Notes: a model not told the origin generated them from the sequence alone. DNA of 44,466 bases from a virus (IMGVR_UViG_3300021976_000003:1-44466), one strand, 5' to 3'. Shown: positions 32,311-41,518, numbered from the stretch's first letter. Translations and numbers: made by a program.

Positions 32311-32505
32311 ATGAGGATATATAAAAATCACGAAGGACAGCTAGTGATCGACGGAGAAAACACGTCAGATGTACAGGTAATTAAGATAGATTGTTCAGAC
32401 ACCAAGGTAGAAAACTTTGTCATCAGGACAGACATGAAAGGGAGAGGGTTTTATGTGAATGCTGACAGGGTTGAGATTTCCGATAACCTGGTCGGGAAAT
32501 TCTAA
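32311..32505 (+). CDS. Hypothetical protein (64 aa)
   Basis: ORF track. Confidence 0.45.
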   Translation: MRIYKNHEGQLVIDGENTSDVQVIKIDCSDTKVENFVIRTDMKGRGFYVNADRVEISDNLVGKF

Positions 32506-32515
32506 ACTAAAACCG

Positions 32516-32535
32516 GCGCGCCGTAACGCGCTTTT
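32516..32535 (+). terminator. Hairpin GCGCG-CCGTAA-CGCGC followed by TTTT (copy 2 of the conserved hairpin; terminator-like)
   Basis: Read directly. Shares the 14-mer CGCGCCGTAACGCG with 29987..30000. Confidence 0.45.
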
Positions 32536-32543
32536 AAATAAAA

Positions 32544-32747
32544 ATGACCATCATGCTTATCTTCCATATAGTAATAGGATACGACCTTAAGAAAAGATGC
32601 ATTTTACATCCGGTAAGGATACATGCAAAGAACTTAAAAGAGGCTTGTAGGTTGGTAAAGAATATGGGCATAACATATGACACTATCTCATGGAGTACCC
32701 GGGAGAGTAGCCAGGAATGTTTTTATTATTATTTTGAAAATAACTAA
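32544..32747 (+). CDS. Hypothetical protein (67 aa)
   Basis: ORF track. Confidence 0.45.
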   Translation: MTIMLIFHIVIGYDLKKRCILHPVRIHAKNLKEACRLVKNMGITYDTISWSTRESSQECFYYYFENN

Positions 32748-32752
32748 TCAGT

Positions 32753-32801
32753 TATTTGGTTATTAACTTTCCTCGACTTATATTTGTTCTGATATCGGAA
32801 C
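32753..32801 (+). promoter_or_regulatory. TATTTGGT, -7 box TATATTTG (32779..32786) and ATATCGGAAC (32792..32801): motif copy 3
   Basis: Exact 10-mer repeat. The TAnnTTTG box ends 38 nt upstream of ATG 32824. Confidence 0.4.
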
Positions 32802-32823
32802 ATTCACATAAAACCACTTTACC

Positions 32824-33144
32824 ATGAACAATCCATTAACTATAGCTGGATACGAATTTAGGATGCTCGGGGAGCGTCCGGGGGATTACGGCCCATTACT
32901 AAATTTGGAAGTTAACAATGATGTCTTCGAAGCATATTTTACTCTTGGATGTACTGGAACAGGATATGGCATTATATCCGTTGCAATAATTGGGGAATAT
33001 TCTTTGTCGATATTGCACGATTATATCAACGAGCTATATGACATTTACCGTAAATGGGCACAACAGATTTATAACCACTTTAACAATATAACATGTCTAC
33101 AGACATTGCAAAAATCCAATTACCTGAGGAGAAGTTCGTTTTAA
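32824..33144 (+). CDS. Hypothetical protein (106 aa)
   Basis: ORF track. 52-nt overlap with the next gene. Confidence 0.45.
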   Translation: MNNPLTIAGYEFRMLGERPGDYGPLLNLEVNNDVFEAYFTLGCTGTGYGIISVAIIGEYSLSILHDYINELYDIYRKWAQQIYNHFNNITCLQTLQKSNYLRRSSF

Positions 33145-33911
33145 TCTTCCAGGGTGCCCATGGCCTACCTGCCGATCAGGCACGTAATAAATTCCATGTG
33201 GAGGCTTTCAACTTCATGACGAAGCTACAGGAGAAACCAGAACTACTTGATTGCACAGAAATCAGCATTAAGAACGTTTTCCTGGACGTTATTAGTAATG
33301 GGCTGTCGTTTAGTCCTACTGCTAAGCAGGTGTATATGCAGTCTAATAACTGTAAGGTAATGGTAGAGGGCCGAGAAACCTGGGAGAAACGGCTTAGCTT
33401 CGCGCCTGCACCAGACGGTAAGATATACTTATGTCAACGCGCCGGTAGCCTTGACCGTATACAGGGGCCTATCATCGTATATGAAGGGGATCACTATAAG
33501 ACAGGTACAGACCGACAGGGGAATACCTGGGTAGAGCATGAACCAGGACCACGCACCAGTACTCGTATTATTGCGGGGTTCGTATGGCAGGTATTCAAGA
33601 ATGGCACTAAGAATGCTGTGGCCATGGATATGCTGGAAGTAGAACGCCGCGCAGGATATAGCGCCAAACGGAATAAAGGGACAGCCAATGCCCTATACAA
33701 GTCCTGTAATGGCGGTATTGATCCTGGTTTCTTTGGTGCCAAATTAATAGATGCTGCTACGAAAGGATTACGCAAGCAGGAGATTAATAGTCAATACGCT
33801 ATAGTAGATCAGGAGCAGGACGACGAGATATGGATAGAAGGAACAGAGGAAGAAAAAGCCGCGTTACTTGCCGAAAACAATATTCACACTAACACAAATT
33901 CACTCTTTTAA
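33093..33911 (+). CDS. RecT-like single-strand annealing protein (272 aa)
   Basis: The layout resembles RecT-family proteins (SIKNVFLDVISNGLSFSP..., YLCQRAGSLDRIQGPIIVYEGDHY..., VEHEP). A PD-(D/E)XK exonuclease gene lies nearby. Confidence 0.5.
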   Translation: MSTDIAKIQLPEEKFVLIFQGAHGLPADQARNKFHVEAFNFMTKLQEKPELLDCTEISIKNVFLDVISNGLSFSPTAKQVYMQSNNCKVMVEGRETWEKRLSFAPAPDGKIYLCQRAGSLDRIQGPIIVYEGDHYKTGTDRQGNTWVEHEPGPRTSTRIIAGFVWQVFKNGTKNAVAMDMLEVERRAGYSAKRNKGTANALYKSCNGGIDPGFFGAKLIDAATKGLRKQEINSQYAIVDQEQDDEIWIEGTEEEKAALLAENNIHTNTNSLF

Positions 33912-33913
33912 TT

Positions 33914-35029
33914 ATGGAACTACAAAAATTTACCGCAGAATTACCAGTAATCGTTGAGCAGAGTAAGCTAACAGCAGATGAAGCAACCAATCTTTGTGCC
34001 ACTGTCATAGAGAAGGCCAAACAAGTAGATTGGTCTAAGATGTCCAATGAACAGTTAAAAGGTGCAGATGAAAAACTTGCCGGGCTACAAGGGCGTTGTG
34101 CCAGTGCAGAAGAAAAGATGAAGGCTACCAGGATGCCGATCACTCAGGCGTTTGAAGAATTTAAGAAAAACAACTTCATTGCCAATGAGAAGGTAGTAGA
34201 AGGATACAAACTTGAACTGCAAAAACTTCGCATTGGTGTAGCCAACGAAACACAACGACGTATTGAAGAAGCCAACCGTGAAAAGAACAAAGCATTAGCC
34301 GAACAGCAAGCGGCGATAGACGCCAAAGCGGCCTTTGATCTACACATACAGAAATGCGCATTGAAGCTAATTGCCGACACAAAAATAAGTATGGCGACAA
34401 AGTTCTATGCGGCTACGGACCTGGATTTATTTGCTAAGAACTTATCAGCATGGCATCCTGGTAGCACATTGACAGATGCAACTATAGATGCCTGGGAGAG
34501 AGTGCCTGGTCAATATGAATTTAAAACAGACCGGGCAGCTCTCAGGGCTATGATGGATGAACAGCTCAATCCTGAAAAGCAAATGTTCTTGGAGGCTATA
34601 CCCGAAAGAAAGGTACAGATGTTAGCCGGCGGCGCTGAAACAGATGAAACGCTTGCAACGCTTAAAGTCCAGGCCCTACAAGCCGCCGAAGAAGCCATAG
34701 AAAACGCCACTATTGCCACCACCGCGCTGGCAGAAGCAGAGAAGATAAACGGAGTGTTTGATTTCGAAGCTAATAACACCGCCCCTGAACAAGCAAAAGG
34801 GACTAGAGTGAAGAAAATTTACGTACCAGTAAACCATGGACATTGGCAGCTACTGATTAGCTGGTTTATCAGCAATCAATTCCCACACCTTACTCCTGCC
34901 GAACTGGAAAAGAAGTTTGGATTTATGCTCACCAAGGCGAATGGCATTCTTAACAGCCTCCAGGAAAAGATTGTGGGCATACCAGTAGAAAACGACATGA
35001 CAGTAAGGGCCACCGGGTCTAAAAAGTAA
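33914..35029 (+). CDS. Coiled-coil protein (371 aa), possibly DUF1351-like
   Basis: Long Ala/Glu/Lys-rich helical sequence directly after the RecT-like gene, a position often held by DUF1351 proteins. Family assignment from memory only. Confidence 0.35.
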   Translation: MELQKFTAELPVIVEQSKLTADEATNLCATVIEKAKQVDWSKMSNEQLKGADEKLAGLQGRCASAEEKMKATRMPITQAFEEFKKNNFIANEKVVEGYKLELQKLRIGVANETQRRIEEANREKNKALAEQQAAIDAKAAFDLHIQKCALKLIADTKISMATKFYAATDLDLFAKNLSAWHPGSTLTDATIDAWERVPGQYEFKTDRAALRAMMDEQLNPEKQMFLEAIPERKVQMLAGGAETDETLATLKVQALQAAEEAIENATIATTALAEAEKINGVFDFEANNTAPEQAKGTRVKKIYVPVNHGHWQLLISWFISNQFPHLTPAELEKKFGFMLTKANGILNSLQEKIVGIPVENDMTVRATGSKK

Positions 35030-35048
35030 CCGCTAAAAAATCAAAGTA

Positions 35049-35321
35049 ATGTTAGAAGCAACCAAATTAATAGATATAGTAGAAAAAACCGCTAACCACA
35101 CGATACTAAAAGCACTCCGGGGCGACATTGATAAATACCTGGAAATAACAGGAGAATGCAATAAAGAAAAAGACCCTATAGAAATTAACAGTTATAAAGA
35201 AGCCATCTTTAATGAATGCGCAGCCATTCTAATGAAGGAATCTATTCGTTTAAGAGGTATATTATACACCAGGGATCAGGCTGCTGATGGTCTTATAACA
35301 TTGCCTTACCATGAAAGCTGA
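35049..35321 (+). CDS. Hypothetical protein (90 aa)
   Basis: ORF track. Confidence 0.5.
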   Translation: MLEATKLIDIVEKTANHTILKALRGDIDKYLEITGECNKEKDPIEINSYKEAIFNECAAILMKESIRLRGILYTRDQAADGLITLPYHES

Positions 35322-35559
35322 ACCAATCTACCTGCACCAAATAGAACAGCGGCTCCTTGCCGACATAGCCGCCGGCGAAACCGTTATCAAACATCACAAT
35401 CTTATATTGGACATGGGATGTACTCCGGAAATTAGATTAGCTTTGCATAGGGTGTGTCGTAGATATAGACAAGAAGGAATCCTATCACGTTCTTCACACG
35501 GAGTATCCACCATAGGCATTAACAAACCACAAAAACCTTTTTACCATGCTACAAACTAG
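35311..35559 (+). CDS. Hypothetical protein (82 aa)
   Basis: ORF track. Confidence 0.5.
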   Translation: MKAEPIYLHQIEQRLLADIAAGETVIKHHNLILDMGCTPEIRLALHRVCRRYRQEGILSRSSHGVSTIGINKPQKPFYHATN

Positions 35560-36190
35560 CGCAGATTTCCCTACGCCAAATGCTGATTACTTCTGTCATC
35601 CCTACATCAGCCATTCCCGATTAGTGGACCTGGACTTACAAACACGTCCTGATGAATACCGGGCAGACTACAGTAAGGCTTTCCGCCGGGGTAATATTGT
35701 AGACGCCTATGTCACGCAGCCCAGCAACTTGCCTTATTACCAACCTACAGAAGAAGAACACGACATGGGTAAGCGCTGCCGGGGCATACTTTATGCTGAT
35801 ACCTTTTGCCGGATGATTATTGGACAATCCAAATTCCAATCACCGTTCTATAATGCCGATACTAAGTTTATTTGGAATGGCGTTCAGTTCACCTTAGACA
35901 CTAAGCGGCTTTATGACGGCTGGATACCCGGCACTAAGTGGGGCTGGGATTTGAAGACTACCAGCGCCATCACTAAAGCCGCGTTCCGGGCACAATGCGA
36001 ATACCTGTGTTATTGGCGTTCACGTTCCTGGTACATGAAAGGTAGTCATGCCACTAGAGACCTCATCATAGGCATTAACCCTGATACTGGTACTATTTTC
36101 AAAGAATTTATACAGTTCGGTGATGACAAACATAAAACTGGCATTGGACAATATTCTGAACTGGCATTTAAATATTGGGCAGTAGCATGA
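35546..36190 (+). CDS. PD-(D/E)XK nuclease (RecE/exonuclease VIII-like; likely partner of the RecT-like protein)
   Basis: GNIVDAYV, WGWDLKTTS (D-x-K) and QCEYLCY (QxxxY) are arranged as in RecB-family PD-(D/E)XK nucleases. Confidence 0.5.
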   Translation: MLQTSADFPTPNADYFCHPYISHSRLVDLDLQTRPDEYRADYSKAFRRGNIVDAYVTQPSNLPYYQPTEEEHDMGKRCRGILYADTFCRMIIGQSKFQSPFYNADTKFIWNGVQFTLDTKRLYDGWIPGTKWGWDLKTTSAITKAAFRAQCEYLCYWRSRSWYMKGSHATRDLIIGINPDTGTIFKEFIQFGDDKHKTGIGQYSELAFKYWAVA

Positions 36191-37650
36191 TCCCCGCATT
36201 ATTCCCTGATCAAGAAATCTTCGTTCAACAAATTCGTGCCAGTCTGGCCGCACACCAACGAATAATTGCTTGTGCGGCTACTGGTTTCGGTAAGACATAT
36301 ACGTTTATTCATATAGCATTGGCAGCGTTAGAGCGTGGCCGCACAGTGCTTATATTATCGGAATCAAAGAAGATTTACAAACAGATAAAAAAGGCCCTTC
36401 CACATACCAGGAACATAAACGCTGACAATAAGGGCATACCCATAATAACTGGACATTGTTACTTGGCCATGGCGCAGACGCTATCCAGGCGCAAGTATAT
36501 GTTAGAAATATTCAAGAATATGGGTGCCAACCTTTTTTGCATTACCGACGAAGCGCATATTGGTACCCACAGTAAAATCCTGGAAGCCATACCACTCGCC
36601 TATTTGATTGGTTTTACCGCTACTCCTAATTACAAAGACGCCAAACACCTACCACGTATCTACCATAATATAGTTGTAGGTCCGCAGCCCTTTGAACTGG
36701 TTCAGGCCGGTCGCCTCTCTCCTTATAGACACTGGCAACGGCAACAAGCTAATCTGGAAGGTCTGGAATTATTATCTACCGGGGATTTTTCCGCTGAAAG
36801 CCAGGAGCGCGCTTTTGAAACCCCTAAAGTATACGATGGATTATTCCAAGATTTACACACCACCAAGTTCAAAAAGGCCATAATATACTGTGCCAGTATT
36901 AAACACGCCGAAGATGTAACCACGCAATTACGTTCCAATGGGTTCCGCTGTGTATGTATTCACAGTAAATCACAGGACTTGGATGCCAAGCTCGAGTGCT
37001 TCACACATGGCACTATTCCCATATGCGTTTCCGTTGGTATGCTCACAAAAGGATTTGATGAACCTGAAATAGATTTAGTAATTTTGCAGCGGGCCACTAC
37101 CTCTTTGGCTTTATATCTACAGATGATGGGCCGCGGTTCACGTAAGCATCCAGGGAAAACAGGCTTCACAGTATTGGATTATGGAGGTAACGGGTCCAGG
37201 CATCACCCCTGGGATTGGGAACGAGACTGGAAAACATTATGGAATACTGCACCAAAGAAACGGGAATCAATAGCACCAATTAAAATATGCCCCGATTGCG
37301 ATGAATTGCTACCGGCGTCTATACGCACATGCCCTGGATGTGGACATGTATTTGAGGTGGCGGCATCTGCCCCGGTTCAAGAATCCACCCTTGTGGAAAT
37401 AACAGGAGCATACCAACCATTGATTGGGAAAATGCTTTCTGAACTACCAGCACCAGACCTGGCCATTTACGCCAAATTAAAAAACAAAAAGGCCCATGCT
37501 ATCCGGGTAGCTAAACGTCAAGAGCAATTACAGCCAGGGTTTCTCCGTATCTTCGGGGATTCTATGGGCTATAAGCCTGGATGGGCACTATATCAAGTTA
37601 AAGAACTTTCCACTGAACCAATTGAATTTTACGATATTAAATTAAAATAA
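36187..37650 (+). CDS. Superfamily 2 DEAD/DEAH-box helicase with a C-terminal zinc ribbon
   Basis: Motif I AATGFGKT, motif II TDEAH, motif VI QMMGRGSR, and CPDCDEL...CPGCGH. ATG 36187 overlaps the upstream stop; the ORF track start 36175 is TTG. Confidence 0.8.
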   Translation: MIPALFPDQEIFVQQIRASLAAHQRIIACAATGFGKTYTFIHIALAALERGRTVLILSESKKIYKQIKKALPHTRNINADNKGIPIITGHCYLAMAQTLSRRKYMLEIFKNMGANLFCITDEAHIGTHSKILEAIPLAYLIGFTATPNYKDAKHLPRIYHNIVVGPQPFELVQAGRLSPYRHWQRQQANLEGLELLSTGDFSAESQERAFETPKVYDGLFQDLHTTKFKKAIIYCASIKHAEDVTTQLRSNGFRCVCIHSKSQDLDAKLECFTHGTIPICVSVGMLTKGFDEPEIDLVILQRATTSLALYLQMMGRGSRKHPGKTGFTVLDYGGNGSRHHPWDWERDWKTLWNTAPKKRESIAPIKICPDCDELLPASIRTCPGCGHVFEVAASAPVQESTLVEITGAYQPLIGKMLSELPAPDLAIYAKLKNKKAHAIRVAKRQEQLQPGFLRIFGDSMGYKPGWALYQVKELSTEPIEFYDIKLK

Positions 37651-37651
37651 T

Positions 37652-37855
37652 ATGACAGAGAAAGAATTATTTAATGAAGCACATTTCTTGCGCCTTGAAT
37701 TTCCACACATTACGGCTTATGAATCACTGGATATCGCAATTAAATTAGAACAGCTTAAACTTTTTCGAGCTGCATTTGTTATATCAAGCACGGATAGCCT
37801 CCCATCTGCGCTGGAAGCAATAGCTATTCAGCTTGGGTTTAAAGCTAATCAATAA
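37652..37855 (+). CDS. Hypothetical protein (67 aa)
   Basis: ORF track. Confidence 0.5.
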   Translation: MTEKELFNEAHFLRLEFPHITAYESLDIAIKLEQLKLFRAAFVISSTDSLPSALEAIAIQLGFKANQ

Positions 37856-37875
37856 CTTCCCATTACTTCTACTAC

Positions 37876-40383
37876 ATGACAAATCTCCTAGAGGCCGCAA
37901 GGCAACACCTTTCCCGGGGCTTTTCAATAATCCCCGTTAACAAAGAAAAACGTTCAATCTTTTCATGGCAAGCACAGCAGACAAAACATCTTACCGATGA
38001 AGAACTGGTACAACAATTCAGCCACCAAAGCGTTTGGGGGATAGCCACCATATGCGGGTCGGTATCCGGGAATCTGGAAGTTATTGATCTTGACCTGGAT
38101 GACGACCTCTCCGGCACACTATATGAAAATTTCTGCTCAGATGTTATAACAAATATGGGCGCAGATTTCTTTGGTGCTATCAGGAAAGTACGGTCCCTAT
38201 CAGGTGGTATCCACTGGTACTACTATTGCGAGGCTGTAGAAGGTAATCAAAAGCTGGCCCGCCGGCATGCCACCCCTGACGAACTTGCTGCCGCTCCTGA
38301 CCATAAGGTCCGTGTGCTAATAGAAACCCGTGGCAATGGTGGCTATATTATTGTCCCCCCCACTCCTGGATATACTGTCCTTGAAAAGGTTATGCCCCCC
38401 ACGATTACCCCAACAGATAGGGACGTCCTACTTAATATCGCCCGGTCATTCAATGAATATGTAGAACCCGGACCCCGGCAACAGAAATCCAGTGCGGTGG
38501 CTAACAGATATTCTCGTTCTCCCTTTGAAGACTATAACGAACGTGGCGACCCCGAATCTATATTATTATCCCATGGGTGGACCTATAAATACTCCCGTGG
38601 TGGCCGTAACTTCTATTGCCGGCCGGGTAAATCTGCTGGTATTTCCGGCGATTACTGGGCAGAAAAGCGCTGGTTCGCTGTATTCACTACTTCCAGCCAA
38701 TTCGACGCCAATAAAGCCTACAGCCCAGCTGCGGTGTTCTGTATGCTGGAATGTGGTAATGACTGGTCCTATTGTGCTACCCAGCTCCTGGATAAAGGTT
38801 TTGGGGAACGCTATGCCCAACAGGACGCCAAAGAGCTAAAGGTAGCCTACCGGGCCTGGGAGGAATCAGAAACCAAGGAACAGCTCATAGCCGCCCTTAT
38901 CGGCGAGGGCCTGGACCCTATAGCCGCTGAACAATATGGACCCAAGCTATTAACCTTTTGGGACATCAGCCCCAAGAAGCAGAAATTAATGCTTAACTAC
39001 GCCAAATTCCGTCTTTTCCTCTACAACAATGGTTACCGGCTTTACTTCTCCGACACTAAAACAAAGACCTTTTCTGTCATAAGGATTGATAGTCAAATAG
39101 TTGACGTCACCACACAGCAGGAAATGAAAGCCTTTATGCTATGGTATTTGGGAGGTCTGCCAGATCATTTTGATTTCTTCGTGGACCCACAACTCCTTGA
39201 AAATAACGTTCTCCAATACTCGTCAGCCATATTCTCCAATAACTTCCGGGAATTTCTGACCAGTGAACGTCCCGCCTTCCTGGAAGATGGCCCAGGCATA
39301 TCTTACCTACCTTTCAAAAACGGGATACTTACTATCACTGCTGGGGATATTACTATACACCCATTCAACGCCTACCCTGGCAAGATATGGAAGCGGCAGA
39401 TCATCACCCGTGAGGCCACCATATTGCCCGCTACGGACCTCACGCAGGCAGATTTCTTCCGCTTCCTACAGGCCATCAGTGGAGAGGCCGACAGCCTATA
39501 TATAGGCCCTAAAACAGAATATGCCATGCGTGTATTTGGGTATATGCTCCACGGTTTCCGGGACGACACCCGTCCATGGGCTGTGATCCTGGCCGAAGAG
39601 ACAGAAACAGACCAGCAGGGCGGCGGTACCGGCAAGGGTATATTCGTAAAAGCCCTGGGGGAAATAGCCAACGTAGTTAAATTGGATGGTAAGAACTTCG
39701 ACAGGTCTGGCAACTTCGCCATGCAGCTTGTTAATATTGATACTCAAATAGTTGCTATTGATGATGTAACAAAGAACTTTAACTTCGAGGCACACTATAG
39801 CGACATCACAGAAGGGCTGACCATTGAGAAGAAGCATTCCCAAGCACTACGCCTCCCCTTCGAAGTATCCCCTAAGTTCATATTCTCTTCCAATTACGAC
39901 ACTGGACTACGTGGTAGCCATGCTGCCAGGAGGTTTAAGATATTGGAATTTGCGGCTTATTATGGGCTGCACTGGACACCCATGCAGCACTTTGGCCGGC
40001 GATTATTCAAGGATTGGGACAACGATGAATGGAATAGGTTCTACAACATTTGTGCTATTTGTATCCAGGAATATCTGTCCCATGGTGTGCCGGATCAAAG
40101 TACTTCAGATGCCATGAAACATAAAATCATAGCATCTAAATTTAGTGATGAGTTTGCAGAGTGGTTCTCTGAATATCTGCAAAACGGGGTGGGGACATGG
40201 CATAGTGTGACTGAATATTATAATAAGTTCTTAAAAACAACAGAAATTCATGAGAAGGACTACTCAAAAAAGCGTTTTTCAATGGCAATAAAAGATTCAT
40301 CAAATTACATGGGATTCATATATGAGAAGGAAATGAGGGGAATTAACCGACATATATTTTTTAAAATTAATACGATTCAATGA
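37876..40383 (+). CDS. Bifunctional primase-polymerase (prim-pol) fused to a P-loop replicative helicase/NTPase domain (835 aa)
   Basis: N-terminus: GFSIIPV..., EVIDLDLDD, SGGIHWYYYC and GNGGYIIVPPTPGY (prim-pol catalytic motifs). C-terminus: Walker A QQGGGTGKGIF and a Walker B-like IVAIDDV. Confidence 0.8.
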   Translation: MTNLLEAARQHLSRGFSIIPVNKEKRSIFSWQAQQTKHLTDEELVQQFSHQSVWGIATICGSVSGNLEVIDLDLDDDLSGTLYENFCSDVITNMGADFFGAIRKVRSLSGGIHWYYYCEAVEGNQKLARRHATPDELAAAPDHKVRVLIETRGNGGYIIVPPTPGYTVLEKVMPPTITPTDRDVLLNIARSFNEYVEPGPRQQKSSAVANRYSRSPFEDYNERGDPESILLSHGWTYKYSRGGRNFYCRPGKSAGISGDYWAEKRWFAVFTTSSQFDANKAYSPAAVFCMLECGNDWSYCATQLLDKGFGERYAQQDAKELKVAYRAWEESETKEQLIAALIGEGLDPIAAEQYGPKLLTFWDISPKKQKLMLNYAKFRLFLYNNGYRLYFSDTKTKTFSVIRIDSQIVDVTTQQEMKAFMLWYLGGLPDHFDFFVDPQLLENNVLQYSSAIFSNNFREFLTSERPAFLEDGPGISYLPFKNGILTITAGDITIHPFNAYPGKIWKRQIITREATILPATDLTQADFFRFLQAISGEADSLYIGPKTEYAMRVFGYMLHGFRDDTRPWAVILAEETETDQQGGGTGKGIFVKALGEIANVVKLDGKNFDRSGNFAMQLVNIDTQIVAIDDVTKNFNFEAHYSDITEGLTIEKKHSQALRLPFEVSPKFIFSSNYDTGLRGSHAARRFKILEFAAYYGLHWTPMQHFGRRLFKDWDNDEWNRFYNICAICIQEYLSHGVPDQSTSDAMKHKIIASKFSDEFAEWFSEYLQNGVGTWHSVTEYYNKFLKTTEIHEKDYSKKRFSMAIKDSSNYMGFIYEKEMRGINRHIFFKINTIQ

Positions 40384-40711
40384 GAGGATTTATAAAAACA
40401 GGAGAGTATTTAAACATGTATTTAGAGACAATTAAAACGTTGATTATCAGTAATAAGAGAGGATAGGAGGTTTTTTTTCTCTATTTTGAATAAATAAAAT
40501 AAAATAAATAATAAAAATAATAAAAAGAGGGTAAAAAAGAAGTGAAAAAAGAGTATATAAAAAAGAGATTGGAGAAAAAATACCTGCAACTCTCACATCA
40601 ATTGATAATCAACACTTTAATTGTCTCTGGATGCTCTCACATGTACTAAACATACACTCTTATTAAAAATTATACATGCAATCGTTAAAATAAAACCATA
40701 ATGACAATATC
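40384..40711. promoter_or_regulatory. 328-nt A-rich non-coding region; candidate replication origin and/or promoter region
   Basis: No C on the top strand across 40482..40582 (101 nt). Three A5-6GAG repeats. CTCTCACAT occurs twice (40590, 40634). 11-nt palindrome TTGATAATCAA at 40602..40612. Lies directly after the primase-helicase gene. Confidence 0.4.
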
Positions 40712-41077
40712 ATGACAGAAGATCAACTTACCGCAGAATGTTTCCAATGGGCATGGGCATATAGGCAGCCCACCAGAAGATTTTTATTCCATGTACCCAA
40801 TGAAGGGCAACGTAATCCAGTAAGAGCCGGACAACTAAAAGCAATGGGCTTGGTACCCGGAATGATGGATTTCATATTTGTGCAGGACAGAACCTATGGA
40901 ATAGAAATGAAACTACCAGGCGGAAAGCTTTCAAGGGCACAAGAAATAGTGCACGGCACCTGGAATCTTTTCGGGCACCCGACCTTCATATGCTACTCTT
41001 TGCCCGGTTTCTGCCGCCTGATTGACGAAATAACCGCAGGAAATACCTGGACATCACAAATACATCATTATTCATAA
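40712..41077 (+). CDS. VRR-NUC domain nuclease (121 aa)
   Basis: FHVPNEG...GLVPGMMDFIFV...YGIEMK gives the D...E-x-K arrangement of VRR-NUC / PD-(D/E)XK proteins. Confidence 0.65.
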   Translation: MTEDQLTAECFQWAWAYRQPTRRFLFHVPNEGQRNPVRAGQLKAMGLVPGMMDFIFVQDRTYGIEMKLPGGKLSRAQEIVHGTWNLFGHPTFICYSLPGFCRLIDEITAGNTWTSQIHHYS

Positions 41078-41097
41078 ACATATAATATATATTAATC

Positions 41098-41511
41098 ATG
41101 AAAATTACAGTCACAGTTTACACAGTGTTTCCACCAGAAAACAAAGCCTACACAAAGAAAGATGGCACACCCGGCACATTCAGCAGCCGAAGGGTATGGG
41201 TAGAAGACACCAGCAACCCCGATTATCCAGAGTTCCTAGAATTGACGTTTACAGGCCGTTCTATCGATTATGCTACCGCGGTGGATGTCGGGGATGTCGT
41301 GGAGGTTGAATGCGCCTTATCGGGCCGGAAATATACCAAGAATGGCAAAGAGGGAGTATTTATGAGTATTAGGGCTTGGAATATCAGGAAGGTAATACTT
41401 GGGGATACCGAGTATGACAATGCAAATGACGGTCCAGAGACGTTTGATCCCTACACTTCGGGGAGTAGCCTCAGTAAAATCGTTACACCTGCCGACGATC
41501 TTCCCTTCTAA
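41098..41511 (+). CDS. ssb: Single-stranded DNA-binding protein (137 aa)
   Basis: OB-fold-sized N-terminal domain, a flexible acidic tail and the C-terminal tip ADDLPF, which resembles the bacterial SSB tip DDDIPF. Confidence 0.6.
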   Translation: MKITVTVYTVFPPENKAYTKKDGTPGTFSSRRVWVEDTSNPDYPEFLELTFTGRSIDYATAVDVGDVVEVECALSGRKYTKNGKEGVFMSIRAWNIRKVILGDTEYDNANDGPETFDPYTSGSSLSKIVTPADDLPF

Positions 41512-41518
41512 CTATACT

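Noticed and set aside
38492-40117. Internal alternative-frame ORFs in the primase-helicase gene (38492..38839, 39263..39505, 39824..40117 and their minus-strand counterparts)
   Set aside because: They are embedded in a long ORF with strong prim-pol and Walker motifs and have no start context.
40482-40582. The A-rich repeat tract as a CRISPR-like or tandem-repeat array
   Set aside because: It has no regular repeat-spacer periodicity, only short degenerate A-run motifs, and the genome has no cas genes.
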